Part shown: one piece after another, positions 38,769 through 48,907 of the stretch
How the letters are laid out: each line of letters starts with the position of its first letter
Position numbering within the stretch: the first letter of the stretch is position 1
DNA from: Actinomycetes bacterium
GTDB lineage: Bacteria > Actinomycetota > Thermoleophilia > Gaiellales > Gaiellaceae
Length of the DNA stretch: 64,000 bases
Assembly (NCBI GenBank): GCA_031370755.1
Contig: JANMQZ010000093.1
Coordinates: 576-64,575, forward strand
Direction of reading: 5' to 3'
Program-made: the position numbers and the translations under genes
The notes under the pieces: model-generated
Told to the model about the DNA's origin: nothing
The model's database searches: none
Seen by the model: only the letters and a program-made list of their open reading frames with translations

Positions 38769-40244
38769 CTAGACCCAGCTCAGGTGATCCTGGAGTAGCG
38801 GCACGAAGAAATAGAGCGCGAACGCGGCGGACGCAACCCACATCAGCGGGTGGATGTCCTTCGTGCGTCCCTGCGTCGCGCGGATCAGGACGTACGCGAT
38901 GAAGCCGAACCCGATGCCGTTCGTGATCGAGAAGCTGAACGGCATGAGCATGATCACGAGTGCCGCGGGCAGGCCGATCGCGAGATCGTGGAAGTCGATT
39001 CCCGCGAGGCGTGTCTGCGCGCGCGGCGCGGCTCCCTCTTCGATCTCGGCTTCTCCCTCGGCCTCGGTCAGCGCGCTGACCATCAGGTAGCCGACGATGA
39101 TGAGGGCCGCCGCGGTTGCCTGCGCCGGCACCATCCCGATCAGTGGTGCGAAGAAGAGGAACGGGATGAAGAGCGCACCCGCGACGACTGCGACCCAGCC
39201 GGTGCGGCCGCCGGCTGCGACACCCGCCCCGGACTCGATGTAGGTCGTCGCCGACGACGTCGAGGACGCGCCGCCCGCGATTGCCGCGAGCGAGTCGACG
39301 AGCAGCGGCTTGCGGATGTCGGGCATCTCGCCCTTCTCGTTCAGGTAGCCGGCAGGCTTACCGACGCCGACGATCGTCCCCATCGTGTCGAAGAAGTCCG
39401 ACAGGAAGAGCGCGAACACCCACACGAGTGCCGACACGACACCGAGCTTCGAGAACGCATGGAAGTCGAAGCTGCCGAAGAGCGACCAATCGCCCCAGCC
39501 CGCGATGTGGCTCCAGCCCGGCCATGTCGCCGTGGTCGTGCCGAAAGCGGAGTGATCGGTCGCCGCGTTGATGATCGTGGCGATCACCGTCGCGCCGAGG
39601 ATGCCGACGAGCAGGTCGCCGCGGAAGCCGCGCGCGCGCAGGGCGATCGTGACGACGAGCCCGATGATGGTCACGAAGACGGGCCAGGTCGTCCAGTGGC
39701 CGAGGGTCACCGGCGTTCCCTGTCCTTGGACGACGAGCCCCGAGTCGTAGAGGCCGATGAACGCGATGAAGAGGCCGATGCCGATCGCGATCGCCTTCTT
39801 CAGCTCGAGTGGGATCGCCCGCATGATCTGCTCGCGGACGCCGGTCAACACGAGAGCCGTCACGAGGACGCCTTCGAGGACGATCAGGCCCATCGCCGAG
39901 GCGAAGGTCAGGCCGTTCTGCCCGACGAGCTGGAAGGCGACGATCGCGTTGATGCCGAGGCCGGGCGCGAGCGCATAGGCCTTGTTCGTGTAGAGCCCCA
40001 TCAGGATCGTCATCACCGCGGCGACGACGCAGGTCGCCGTGACGACGCCGTTGAACGCGAGCGTCGTGCCGTCAGGCTGCTTGACGCTCGTGAGGATGAT
40101 CGGGTTCAGAAAGATGATGTACGACATGACGATGAAGGTCGTCATGCCCGCCATCGTGTCCCGCGCGAGCGTGGTGCCATGCTCGGCAAAGCGGAACCGC
40201 CGCTCCAGGACAGACTCCCGGAACGTCGCCGCCATCGTGCTCAT
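38769..40244 (-). CDS. NCS2 family purine permease (AzgA/PbuG-like adenine-guanine-hypoxanthine transporter)
   Basis: FRFAEHGTTLARDTMAGMTTFIVMSYIIFLNP, APGLGINA, and 12 or more TM helices. Confidence 0.88.
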   Translation of the reverse strand: MSTMAATFRESVLERRFRFAEHGTTLARDTMAGMTTFIVMSYIIFLNPIILTSVKQPDGTTLAFNGVVTATCVVAAVMTILMGLYTNKAYALAPGLGINAIVAFQLVGQNGLTFASAMGLIVLEGVLVTALVLTGVREQIMRAIPLELKKAIAIGIGLFIAFIGLYDSGLVVQGQGTPVTLGHWTTWPVFVTIIGLVVTIALRARGFRGDLLVGILGATVIATIINAATDHSAFGTTTATWPGWSHIAGWGDWSLFGSFDFHAFSKLGVVSALVWVFALFLSDFFDTMGTIVGVGKPAGYLNEKGEMPDIRKPLLVDSLAAIAGGASSTSSATTYIESGAGVAAGGRTGWVAVVAGALFIPFLFFAPLIGMVPAQATAAALIIVGYLMVSALTEAEGEAEIEEGAAPRAQTRLAGIDFHDLAIGLPAALVIMLMPFSFSITNGIGFGFIAYVLIRATQGRTKDIHPLMWVASAAFALYFFVPLLQDHLSWV

Positions 40245-40381
40245 AGAGACCGGCCTCCCCTGTAGTCAAGGACCGAAGAAGGCACGAACCTAAATCGTCG
40301 GGTGGACGGAAGGGAAGCTAGGACCAGGAGAGTCGCCCGCAAAGAGCAAGCTTTTCCTCCGGCTAGACCAGGCCTGCTTCA

Positions 40382-40430
40382 CGCCCGAAAGTCGTCATGG
40401 CCCCGCGAAGCGGGGCCGGACTTTCGGGCG
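40382..40430 (-). other. Nested 49-nt hairpin immediately 3' of tRNA-Phe
   Basis: Outer 12-bp stem CGCCCGAAAGTC/GACTTTCGGGCG encloses inner stem GGCCCCGC-GAA-GCGGGGCC. No U-tract. Confidence 0.6.
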
Positions 40431-40435
40431 GAGAG

Positions 40436-40508
40436 TGGCGAGGGCCGGACTCGAACCGGCGACACCCCGGTTTTCAGCCGAGTGCTCTACCAGCTGAGCT
40501 ACCTCGCC
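40436..40508 (-). tRNA. tRNA-Phe (anticodon GAA)
   Basis: Minus strand reads GGCGAGG-TA-GCTC-AGCTGGTA-GAGC-A-CTCGG-CTGAAAA-CCGGG-GTGTC-GCCGG-TTCGAGT-CCGGC-CCTCGCC-A. 73 nt. Confidence 0.95.
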
Positions 40509-40524
40509 GCTGGCGCCGGCCAGT

Positions 40525-40926
40525 CTAGCGAGATGCGGGGTGCGCTTTCACCGCGGAGAGGCGCTCGACGAGGGTGTCGACGAGCTCGCCCTTCTCGAGA
40601 ACGGCGTCGGCTCCGGCCTCGGCGACCGCCTCGTGCAGCTGCCGGTCGGGGTCGCCCGTGACTGCGATCAGGCAGAGATTCGGGTGATCCTTGCGGAGCC
40701 TCGCCACCGCGGTCACCCCGTCGACGAGCGGCATGTGCAGGTCGATCACGACCGCGTCGGGGGCGAGGGCGTCGGCCAGCTCGATCGCGTCGAGGCCGTT
40801 TTCGGCCGTGCCCACGACAGTGAGCTCAGGCTGGCGCTCGATGAGCGGGCGAAGCGACTCGAGGAACGAGCCGTCGTCGTCCGCCAACAGGACGCGTACC
40901 GGTGCCGCAGGCACCCCATCCGGCAT
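40525..40926 (-). CDS. Stand-alone response regulator receiver (CheY-like, 133 aa)
   Basis: VRVLLADDDGSFL, AVVIDLHMPLVDG (phospho-acceptor Asp), LIAVTGD, and K in EKGEL. The upstream part of track ORF 40525..41730 is antisense to arginase. Confidence 0.82.
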   Translation of the reverse strand: MPDGVPAAPVRVLLADDDGSFLESLRPLIERQPELTVVGTAENGLDAIELADALAPDAVVIDLHMPLVDGVTAVARLRKDHPNLCLIAVTGDPDRQLHEAVAEAGADAVLEKGELVDTLVERLSAVKAHPASR

Positions 40927-40959
40927 GTCCGCCAAGAGGTTGACGTTAGCCTTGCCGCC

Positions 40960-41874
40960 GTGAGCGTGCAACCGTCTGGGCGCCAGGTGGCACTGATCGG
41001 CGCACCCCTCGATCTCGGGGCGGGCCGGCGAGGGGTCGACATGGGGCCGTCGGCGATCCGCTATGCGGGTCTTGCGGAGCATCTCGCCGAGAAGCTCGGC
41101 ATCGTGACGGACGATCAAGGCAACGTTGACGCGCCTGTCGCCGAGTCGCTTGCGCGCGGCGATGACAGCGCGCGCTATCTCGCCAAGATCCTGGAGTTGT
41201 GCGACGACGTCGCGAAGCTCGTCAGCGCAGCGACCCGCGGCGGCAAGCTCCCGCTCGTGCTCGGCGGCGACCATTCGGTCGCGCTCGGCTCGCTCGTCGG
41301 CATGGCGGCCGTGCACGGCCCGGGCGGTGTCGTCTGGATCGACGCGCACGGCGACCTGAACACGCCGGAGACCTCGCCGAGCGGCAACGTGCACGGCATG
41401 GTCCTTGCGGCGGCGCTCGGCCTTGCCGGCGATGCGTTCGCATACGACGACTGGACGCTGCCGGCAATCGAGTCGGGGAAGCTCGCGCTCGTCGGGGTGC
41501 GCTCGCTCGACGAGGGCGAGCGTGAGGTGTTGAAGCGGCTCGACGCGAAGGTGTTCACGATGAGCGAGATCGACAAGGTCGGCATCGAGCCGTGCATGCG
41601 CGAAGCGCTCGAGCATGCGGGCGGCGGCGCGTTCCTGCATGTCAGCCTCGATATGGATGCGGTCGATCCGGAGCACGCACCGGGCGTCGGCACGCCGGTG
41701 CGCGGCGGCTTCTCGTATCGCGAAGCGCATCTCGCGATGGAGATCATCGCCGAGTCCGGCGCCGCCGACTCGTTAGACGTCGTCGAGGTGAATCCGGTGC
41801 TCGACCGTGAGAACGCGACGGGCAAGCTCGCCGTCGAGCTCGTCGCGTCGGCGCTCGGCGCGCGCATCCTCTAG
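40960..41874 (+). CDS. rocF: Arginase
   Basis: GGDHSVALGS, WIDAHGDLNTPETSPSGNVHGMVLA, SLDMDAVDP, GGFSYRE. GTG 40960 or 40966. Confidence 0.88.
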   Translation: MSVQPSGRQVALIGAPLDLGAGRRGVDMGPSAIRYAGLAEHLAEKLGIVTDDQGNVDAPVAESLARGDDSARYLAKILELCDDVAKLVSAATRGGKLPLVLGGDHSVALGSLVGMAAVHGPGGVVWIDAHGDLNTPETSPSGNVHGMVLAAALGLAGDAFAYDDWTLPAIESGKLALVGVRSLDEGEREVLKRLDAKVFTMSEIDKVGIEPCMREALEHAGGGAFLHVSLDMDAVDPEHAPGVGTPVRGGFSYREAHLAMEIIAESGAADSLDVVEVNPVLDRENATGKLAVELVASALGARIL

Positions 41875-42623
41875 GAGAGGAACCGCCCGACCGCGTCCGC
41901 GACCTCGTCAAAGGCGTCCCACATCACCATGTGCTTGCCGGGGACGGCGACAATCTCGGCGTGCGCGGCGTACGCCTCGAGCTGCTCTTCGCGCACGAGG
42001 CCGTACGCGGGAGCGTGGATCAGCAGCGTCGGCACGCGCAGCGTCTCGGGCGGCGGCGGGTCCGACGCGAGCTCGCCGTAGATCGAAATCACGGCGGGCT
42101 GAAACGTCCGCCGGCGCAGGCGGCCGTCGGGCAGCACCTCGCAGTGGAGCTCTGAGTCCGCGAGCACGAGGTGCCGCGGCGGGTCGTCCTCACGCGCGTC
42201 CGCGTATGCGTCCGCGGAGTCGTAGATCGGCTCCCGGCGCTCCTGGTCGGCGACGAACGCCGCGACGTGCGGCAGCACCTGGATTGCCGGGTCGAGCAGC
42301 ACGGCGCGGCGGATCCGCTCTGGCTCGCGCGCGGCGAGCTCGAGCACCAGCCGGCCGCCGAACGAGTGGCCGACCCAATGCGCCTGCCCGGCCCCGAGCG
42401 CGTCGACCGTCTCGATCAGGTCGGCAACATGCGTCTCGAACGTCCACGGCGCGTCGTGCTCCGAGCGGCCGTGCCCCCTCAGGTCGGGCGCGACGATCCG
42501 GAACCGCGACGCCCAGCGCTCCTCGGCGAGCCGCCTGAAGCGCTCGCCGTGGCCGGTGACGCCGTGCACGCAGACAACGGGCGGAGCGGCGGGATCGCCC
42601 CACTCGTGGACGTGCAGCCTCAA
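41871..42623 (-). CDS. Alpha/beta hydrolase
   Basis: VVCVHGVTGHG, nucleophile elbow GHSFGG, and a C-terminal His region. Confidence 0.85.
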   Translation of the reverse strand: MRLHVHEWGDPAAPPVVCVHGVTGHGERFRRLAEERWASRFRIVAPDLRGHGRSEHDAPWTFETHVADLIETVDALGAGQAHWVGHSFGGRLVLELAAREPERIRRAVLLDPAIQVLPHVAAFVADQERREPIYDSADAYADAREDDPPRHLVLADSELHCEVLPDGRLRRRTFQPAVISIYGELASDPPPPETLRVPTLLIHAPAYGLVREEQLEAYAAHAEIVAVPGKHMVMWDAFDEVADAVGRFLS

Positions 42624-43867
42624 TCGACCGTCTCCTCGCCGTTCCCGGACGGCGTGTAGTACGTCGTGCCCTTCAGCTCGTCGGGCAGGTAGTCGACGTC
42701 GAAGCCGCGTGGATCGTCGTGCGGGTAGACGTAGCCCTCGCCGTGCCCGAGCTTGCGGCCGTAGTACGAGCCGTCGCGCAGCGCCTTCGGCGGCGGGAAG
42801 TTGCCGCGCTCCTGCACATCGCGTGTCGCTGCGTTGATCGCGCGGTAGCTCGCGTTCGATTTCGGTGCGCGGGCAAGGTAGACGACGGCCTGCGCGAGAT
42901 TCAGCCGCGCCTCCGGCAGGCCGACGTGCTCCACCGCTTGCGCCGCGGCGACTGCGACGAGCAGCGCGCGCGGGTCTGCGTTGCCGATGTCCTCGGAGGC
43001 GAGCACGATCATGCGCCGCGCGATGAAGCGTGCATCCTCACCGCCCTCGAGCATCGCGGCGAGGTAGTAGAGGGCCGCGTCCGGGTCGCTGCCGCGCATC
43101 GACTTGATGAACGCCGAGGTGAAGTCGTAGTGCGCGTCGGACGCCTTGTCGTAGACGATCGGGCGCTTGCGGGCGGCATCGTCGACGTTCTCCTCGGTGA
43201 CCTCGCCGGTCGCCGTCTCGGCGGCGAGCTCGACGATGTTCAGCGCGGTTCGCGCGTCGCCGCCCGCGCGCTGCACGATCAGCTCGACGACGTCGTCGGC
43301 AGCGGTCACGCCGACCTCCGCGAGCCCGCGATGCACGACGACGGCGAGGTCTGCAGGAGCGAGCGACTCGAGCTGGTACACCTGCGAGCGCGAAAGGAGT
43401 GCCGAGTTGACCTCGTAGTAGGGGTTCTCGGTCGTCGCGCCGATCAGCGTCACGAGCCCTTCCTCCACCGCCGGCAGAAGCGCATCCTGCTGCGCCTTGT
43501 TGAAGCGGTGGATCTCGTCGAGGAAGAGGATCGTGCGCTTGCCGGTCGTGCCGAGCCGCTCGCGGGCCCGCGCGAGCACCTCGCGGACGTCCTTGACCGT
43601 CGCCGACACCGCAGAGAGCTCCTCGAACGCCGCTCCTGTCGACGCCGCGACGATGCGTGCAAGCGTCGTCTTCCCGGATCCGGGCGGACCATAGAAGATC
43701 GACGAGCGAACGCGGTCGGCGGCGATTGCCTGACGGAGCGCCGAGCCCTCGCCGAGCACGTGCTGCTGGCCGACGAACTCGTCGAGCGTGCGCGGCCGCA
43801 GCCGCTGCGCGAGCGGTGCCACCTCGCCCGCGCGTTCGTGCGCGGCGTCGGAGAAGAGGTCGGCCAC
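42620..43867 (-). CDS. rarA: Replication-associated recombination protein A (AAA ATPase RarA/MgsA)
   Basis: [49 protein letters not shown], and the MgsA C-terminal domain. Confidence 0.93.
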   Translation of the reverse strand: MADLFSDAAHERAGEVAPLAQRLRPRTLDEFVGQQHVLGEGSALRQAIAADRVRSSIFYGPPGSGKTTLARIVAASTGAAFEELSAVSATVKDVREVLARARERLGTTGKRTILFLDEIHRFNKAQQDALLPAVEEGLVTLIGATTENPYYEVNSALLSRSQVYQLESLAPADLAVVVHRGLAEVGVTAADDVVELIVQRAGGDARTALNIVELAAETATGEVTEENVDDAARKRPIVYDKASDAHYDFTSAFIKSMRGSDPDAALYYLAAMLEGGEDARFIARRMIVLASEDIGNADPRALLVAVAAAQAVEHVGLPEARLNLAQAVVYLARAPKSNASYRAINAATRDVQERGNFPPPKALRDGSYYGRKLGHGEGYVYPHDDPRGFDVDYLPDELKGTTYYTPSGNGEETVD

Positions 43868-43887
43868 GCCATCAGTATGCTCCGCGC

Positions 43888-45189
43888 GTGGCCGTGACCA
43901 GCCTTCGCGGCGAGGTGACAGACCTCCTCAGCCGCCTTATCCGGGTCGACACGACGAACCCGCCCGGGAACGAGACCGCTGCCGCGGAGCTGCTGCGCGA
44001 CTATCTCGAGGCGAACGGCGTCGAGTGCGAGCTGTATGCGCGCGTTCCCGAGCGTGCGAACCTCGTTGCGCGCATCCGCGGCCGCGGCGACGGCCCGAGC
44101 CTGCTCTTCCTCGGCCACACCGACGTCGTGCTCGCCGACGCAGGCGAGTGGTCGGTGCCGCCGTTCTCCGGCGAGGTGCGAGACGACGAGGTCTGGGGTC
44201 GCGGTGCGCTCGACATGAAGGGGCAAGTGGCGGCGAACGCCGTCGCGATCGCGTCGCTCGCGCGCGAAGGCCTCGAGCCGTCCGGCGATCTCATCTTCGC
44301 TGCAACGGCCGACGAGGAGGTCGGCGAGAACTTCGGGCTCTCGTGGCTCTGCGCAGAGCACCCAGAAGCGGTGCGGTGCGACTACGCGATCAACGAGGGA
44401 GCCGGCGACCGGCTCGTGCTCGGCGGCAGCGCGTACTACGTCGCTGCGACGGCGGAGAAGCTCACGGCTCCGTTCACGATCGGCGTGCACGGCCGGTCGG
44501 GCCACGCGTCGATGCCGGGAATCGCGGACAACGCGCTCGTGAAGGCCGCGCGGCTGATCGAGCGGATGGCCGCGTATCGGCCGGAGCCGCAGATCCAGCA
44601 GGAGGTCGCGGTGTTTCTCGAGGCCGTTCTCGGCAAGGTGCCGGCCGCGACGGCGGTCGTCGAGCGCGCCCGCGCGGTGGACAAGACGGTGGCGGAGCTC
44701 GTCGAGCCTCTGCTCGCGCCGACGTTCTCGCCGACGATGATCTCCGCCTCGCAGAAGCGGAACGTCATTCCCGCGCTCTGCGAGGTCGCCGTCGACTGCC
44801 GCCTGCTACCGGGACAGACACCGGCGGAGATCGAGCTGGTCGTGCGCGCGGTGCTCGGCGACGACGTCCAGTACGACCTCACCTTCCTGAAGGCGGAAGG
44901 CGGCACGCGGTCGTCGCTGGAGACGCCGCTCTGGGCGGCGGTCGAGTCGTTCGTCGAGCAGACGGAGCCCGGTGCCGTGGCCGTGCCGATGATCTGCGCG
45001 GGCTTCACTGACAGCCACTGGCTTCGCGACGCCTTCGGTACCGTCGCGTACGGGTTCTTTCCGCTGCGGACGATGCCCTCCGAGGTCGCAGCGACGCTCA
45101 TCCACTCGGCCGACGAGCGGGCTGCCGTCGACGACCTCGAGCTCGGCGTCGACTGGCTGCGCTTCGCCGCGCGCGCCGTGCTCGCATGA
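43888..45189 (+). CDS. M20 family metallopeptidase (ArgE/DapE/ACY1 family)
   Basis: LIRVDTTNPPGNE, LGHTDVV, GRGALDMKG, ADEEVG, HGRSGHAS. GTG 43888. Confidence 0.85.
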   Translation: MAVTSLRGEVTDLLSRLIRVDTTNPPGNETAAAELLRDYLEANGVECELYARVPERANLVARIRGRGDGPSLLFLGHTDVVLADAGEWSVPPFSGEVRDDEVWGRGALDMKGQVAANAVAIASLAREGLEPSGDLIFAATADEEVGENFGLSWLCAEHPEAVRCDYAINEGAGDRLVLGGSAYYVAATAEKLTAPFTIGVHGRSGHASMPGIADNALVKAARLIERMAAYRPEPQIQQEVAVFLEAVLGKVPAATAVVERARAVDKTVAELVEPLLAPTFSPTMISASQKRNVIPALCEVAVDCRLLPGQTPAEIELVVRAVLGDDVQYDLTFLKAEGGTRSSLETPLWAAVESFVEQTEPGAVAVPMICAGFTDSHWLRDAFGTVAYGFFPLRTMPSEVAATLIHSADERAAVDDLELGVDWLRFAARAVLA

Positions 45190-46220
45190 CGGTCGAGCTC
45201 GAGTCGCTCGCGGAGCTCGAGCCGTCGCTCGCCGCGGACGCGTTCTTCGCACGTGACGACGTCGTGGCGCACGTGTACGTCGGTTACCGGTGCTCCGACG
45301 TGCTCCGCCGCACGGATGTTCCGTCGCCGCCTGAGCCATGCGCGCTGCCCGCGGTTGCGTACGCGATCGAGTCCGCCGCCGGACGTGTCGCACACGCGGT
45401 GGGCGGCTATGCGATCGGCTCGTGGCATGCCACATGGAGCGAAGCGGAGTACGCGGACGCGATCGACACGCTGCGGTCAGCGAACGCCGAGGGCGACGTC
45501 TACCAGGTCAATCTCGTGCAGCACCTGAGCGCCGACTTCGACGGCGATGCGCGCGCGCTTGCGGTTGCACTCTCGCCGCTGCGGCCGTTGCACCCGGAGC
45601 CGCTCGTCGGCGCCGGCTGGGCGAACGTCTCCGCGTCGCCCGAGCTCTTGCTCTCGCGGCGCGGCAACCGCATCCGCACGTCGCCGATCAAGGGCACGCG
45701 GCCCGCCGGCGTTCCGGTCGAGTCGGCGAAAGACGCGGCCGAGCACGTGATGATCGTCGATCTCGAGCGAAACGATCTCGCACGCGTTGCCGTGCCCGGC
45801 AGCGTGCGCTGGCCCGAGGTGCTGGTCGAGCAACAGCTAGCGGGCGTGACGCACCTCGTCGCGACGGTCGAGGCGGAGCTGCGCGAGGACGTGTCGCTCA
45901 CCGAGCTGCTCGAGGCGATGTTGCCGGGCGGCTCGGTCACCGGTTGCCCGAAGATCGCCGCGCTCGACCACATCGCCTCGCTCGAGCCGGTCGGGCGGGG
46001 TGCATCGATGGGCGCGCTCGGGCGGCTCTGGCCGAACGGCGACCTGGAGCTCGCACTCACGATTCGCACGTTCGCGATCGCCGACGGAGCGATTCATCTC
46101 TGGGTCGGCGGCGGCATCGTCTGGGACTCCGACCCGGCGGCGGAGGTCGAGGAGTCCTGGGTGAAGGCGCGTCCACTTCTCGCCGCGGTCGGCGCACCGC
46201 TCCCGGCACCGGTGTCGTGA
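45186..46220 (+). CDS. pabB: Aminodeoxychorismate synthase component I-like chorismate-binding enzyme (short form)
   Basis: GDVYQVNL, SASPELLL, IKGTRP, DLERNDLARV, PGGSVTGCPK, RGASMGALG. ATGA overlap. Confidence 0.8.
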   Translation: MTVELESLAELEPSLAADAFFARDDVVAHVYVGYRCSDVLRRTDVPSPPEPCALPAVAYAIESAAGRVAHAVGGYAIGSWHATWSEAEYADAIDTLRSANAEGDVYQVNLVQHLSADFDGDARALAVALSPLRPLHPEPLVGAGWANVSASPELLLSRRGNRIRTSPIKGTRPAGVPVESAKDAAEHVMIVDLERNDLARVAVPGSVRWPEVLVEQQLAGVTHLVATVEAELREDVSLTELLEAMLPGGSVTGCPKIAALDHIASLEPVGRGASMGALGRLWPNGDLELALTIRTFAIADGAIHLWVGGGIVWDSDPAAEVEESWVKARPLLAAVGAPLPAPVS

Positions 46221-47056
46221 CGCTCGTCGCGCTCGCGCAGCTCGGACGCGGCGTCGTCCCGGTGAACACGCCGGTGCTGCACGCCGACGACGAGGGCGTG
46301 CTGCGCGGGCGTTCCGTGTTCGAGACGCTGCGTGTCTACGGGGGGATGCCGTTCATGCTCAGCGCGCACCTCGACCGGCTCCTCGCGTCTGCCGGCCGGC
46401 TGCGGCTCGCACCGCCGCCGCGCGATGCGTTCGAGCAGGCGGTGTTCGAGGCGATCGCCGCCGGCGGCGAGCTCGATGCGTCGCTGCGGCTGCTCTGGAC
46501 GGCGGGCCGTGAGGGCGGCGGCGAGCCGACCGGGCTCGTGCTCGTATCGAGCCTGCCGCCCGGGCTCGATGAGGTGCGCGTGCGCGGTTTGCGGCTCGCC
46601 GTCGTGCGATGGGCTCCGGGTTCGCTCGCAGGCGCGAAGTCGACGAGCTACGCGGAGAATATTGCGGCACAGGGCGACGCTGCCGAGCGCGGCGCCGACG
46701 ACGCGCTGCTCGTCGCTCCGGACGGCACCGTGCTCGAGGCGCCGACATCGAACGTGTGGTTCCGCGAAGAGTCGCGGCTGCTGACGCCGTCCCTCGCGTT
46801 GCCGCTCCTGGCCGGCGTCACCCGCGCGGCGCTGCAGCGGCTCGCGCCCGCGGCCGGCTACGACGTGGAGGAGGGCTCCTTTCCGCTCGACCGGCTACTC
46901 GCCGCCGACGAGGTCTTTCTCACGTCTTCGGTGCGCGAGGTCGCTCCGGTCGTCTCGATCGACGGCGCGCCCGTGGGCGGTGGCGCGCCGGGCCCGGCCG
47001 CGGCCGCGCTGCAACGCGCCTTGCGGGCTGCCGCGGGCTACGCTGACAGCGCATGA
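46217..47056 (+). CDS. pabC: Aminodeoxychorismate lyase / class IV aminotransferase
   Basis: GTGA overlap with pabB. RGRSVFETLRVYGG, KSTSYAENI, SNVWF, GVTRAA, FLTSSVREVAPV. Confidence 0.8.
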   Translation: MTLVALAQLGRGVVPVNTPVLHADDEGVLRGRSVFETLRVYGGMPFMLSAHLDRLLASAGRLRLAPPPRDAFEQAVFEAIAAGGELDASLRLLWTAGREGGGEPTGLVLVSSLPPGLDEVRVRGLRLAVVRWAPGSLAGAKSTSYAENIAAQGDAAERGADDALLVAPDGTVLEAPTSNVWFREESRLLTPSLALPLLAGVTRAALQRLAPAAGYDVEEGSFPLDRLLAADEVFLTSSVREVAPVVSIDGAPVGGGAPGPAAAALQRALRAAAGYADSA

Positions 47057-47835
47057 GCAAGGAAAAGATCCGGCTTGGCGGCATGGCCCTCCCGAACGGC
47101 GTGCTGGTGCACGGGCCGACCTCGTGGGCGTGCGCGATCCGGAACGCCGACGGCGAGATCGAGGTCGCGGCGGCAGCGAAGACCTTCCGCGCTGCGAACG
47201 TGAACCAGCCGTTCCTGCGCGGCCCCGCTCGGCTTGCGGAGGCGATGGCGGTGCTGCCGCAGGTGAAGCGCGCGCTGCCCGGTGCCAAGTTCCCGATGCA
47301 GAGCCCGCGCGTGCTCGCGTCGATGCTTGCGGCGGCGTTCGCGGTGCGCGGGATCCGTGAGTCGAAGCGGATCCGGCCGATGGCGCAGGAGCTTCTCTCG
47401 GGCCTGCTCTCGCTCGGCCCCGCGGTGCTCGCATTGCGCGGCACGGAGCTCGCCGCGTACCACGGCGCCGAGCACATCTCGATCGGCCGCTACGAGCACG
47501 GCGAGGGCGCGCAGAAGGAGCACGAGCGCTGCGGCGGCCACCTCGTTGGTCCGCTCGTCGCGACGACCGCGATCGGCAACGTGCTCGCGAACTTCGCGCC
47601 TCTGCACATGCGCACGCAGGCGCGCGCCGCGGCGCAGTTCGGCGCGGTCGCGGCGTCGACCGAGATCTTCGGCTGGATGGCGCGCAACCCCGACAACCTC
47701 GTGTCGCAGGCGCTTTCGAAGCCGGGGCACGAGCTGCAGCATCGACTGTCCACGGCGGAGCCGACGGCCGAGCAGTTGGAGGTCGCCGAGGCCGCGCTCG
47801 CCGCGTGCCTCGCGCTCGAACATGGCGCGCGCTGA
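47053..47835 (+). CDS. DUF1385 (YqhQ-like) domain protein
   Basis: LGGMALPNGVLVHG, YHGAEHISI, TM segments. ATGA overlap. Confidence 0.75.
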   Translation: MSKEKIRLGGMALPNGVLVHGPTSWACAIRNADGEIEVAAAAKTFRAANVNQPFLRGPARLAEAMAVLPQVKRALPGAKFPMQSPRVLASMLAAAFAVRGIRESKRIRPMAQELLSGLLSLGPAVLALRGTELAAYHGAEHISIGRYEHGEGAQKEHERCGGHLVGPLVATTAIGNVLANFAPLHMRTQARAAAQFGAVAASTEIFGWMARNPDNLVSQALSKPGHELQHRLSTAEPTAEQLEVAEAALAACLALEHGAR

Positions 47836-48907
47836 AGCCACGAAGCAGCGGCTCGCCCCGGAGACCTTCGACCTGCCGGTCGAGAAGATGCGCGCCGGCT
47901 GGTACACGGACGCGTACTTCAACTACACGCGCGAGACGCTGCTCGAGGACGGAAGACATCCGCGCGTCGTCATGCAGGTCTTCCAGAAGCGGAACGCGTG
48001 GCTCGGCGGCATGGACGAGGCGATCGCCATCCTCAAGCTCTGCTCGTACGACTTCGACGGCCTCGAGGTGCGCGCGCTCTACGACGGTGACGTGATCGAC
48101 CCATACGAGCCGGTGATGCACATCGAGGGCGACTACACGGCGTTCGCGCACCTGGAGACGCCGGTGCTCGGCACGCTCGCCCGGAGAACGCTGATCACGA
48201 CGAACGTCGTCCATGTTCTCGAGGCTGCGAACCGCAAGCCGATCATCTTCATGCCGGCGCGGCACGACCATCACCGCATCCAGACGGGCGACGGCTACGC
48301 GGCGTTCGTCGCCGGGCGGATCATGGGCGCGGAGATCGGCGTCACGACGAACGAGCAGGCGTCGTGGTGGGGCGGTCGCGGCCTTGGCACGGTGCCGCAC
48401 TCGCTGATCGCGTCGTACGGCGGCGACACGGTGCTTGCCGCGCAGAAGTTCGCCGCGTGGGCGAGCCCGGACATGAACGTCACGGTGCTCGTCGACTTCG
48501 AGAACGACTCGGTGCGCACGGCGCTCGAAGTCGCCGACGCGCTCGGCGACCGTCTGTGGGGCGTCCGTCTCGACACGTCGGAGGCGCTCGTCGACCGCTC
48601 GCTCTTCAACGAGCTGGGCGATTTCAAGCCGACCGGCGTGAACGAGCATCTGGTCTGGAACGTGCGGAACGCGCTCGACGCTGCCGGCCACGAGCGTGTG
48701 CGCATCGTCGTCTCGGGCGGGTTCACCGCGGAGAAGATCTCGCGCTTCGAGGCGGAAGGCGTCCCCGTCGACGCGTACGGCGTCGGCTCGTCGCTCATCC
48801 GCGGCTCGAACGACTTCACAGGCGACATCGTCATCACCGACGGCGAGCCGTCGGCGAAGTTCGGGCGGCATTACCGCGAGAACCCGCGGCTGGAACTCGT
48901 GACGTGA
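47822..48907 (+). CDS. Nicotinate phosphoribosyltransferase family protein (type II PRTase)
   Basis: WYTDAYFNYTRE, AFAHLETPVLG, MPARHDHHRIQTGDGYAA, GTVPHSLI, RLDTS, YGVGSSL. Followed by a nicotinamidase gene. Confidence 0.8.
   Translation: MARAEATKQRLAPETFDLPVEKMRAGWYTDAYFNYTRETLLEDGRHPRVVMQVFQKRNAWLGGMDEAIAILKLCSYDFDGLEVRALYDGDVIDPYEPVMHIEGDYTAFAHLETPVLGTLARRTLITTNVVHVLEAANRKPIIFMPARHDHHRIQTGDGYAAFVAGRIMGAEIGVTTNEQASWWGGRGLGTVPHSLIASYGGDTVLAAQKFAAWASPDMNVTVLVDFENDSVRTALEVADALGDRLWGVRLDTSEALVDRSLFNELGDFKPTGVNEHLVWNVRNALDAAGHERVRIVVSGGFTAEKISRFEAEGVPVDAYGVGSSLIRGSNDFTGDIVITDGEPSAKFGRHYRENPRLELVT

Noticed and set aside
40245-40380. Purine (guanine/adenine) riboswitch upstream of the NCS2 permease.
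   Set aside because: The conserved loop and junction sequences of the purine riboswitch are not present by eye. This cannot be excluded without a covariance-model search.
40302-40661. 119-aa plus-strand ORF.
   Set aside because: It runs straight through tRNA-Phe and antisense to the response regulator. Its composition is Arg-rich.
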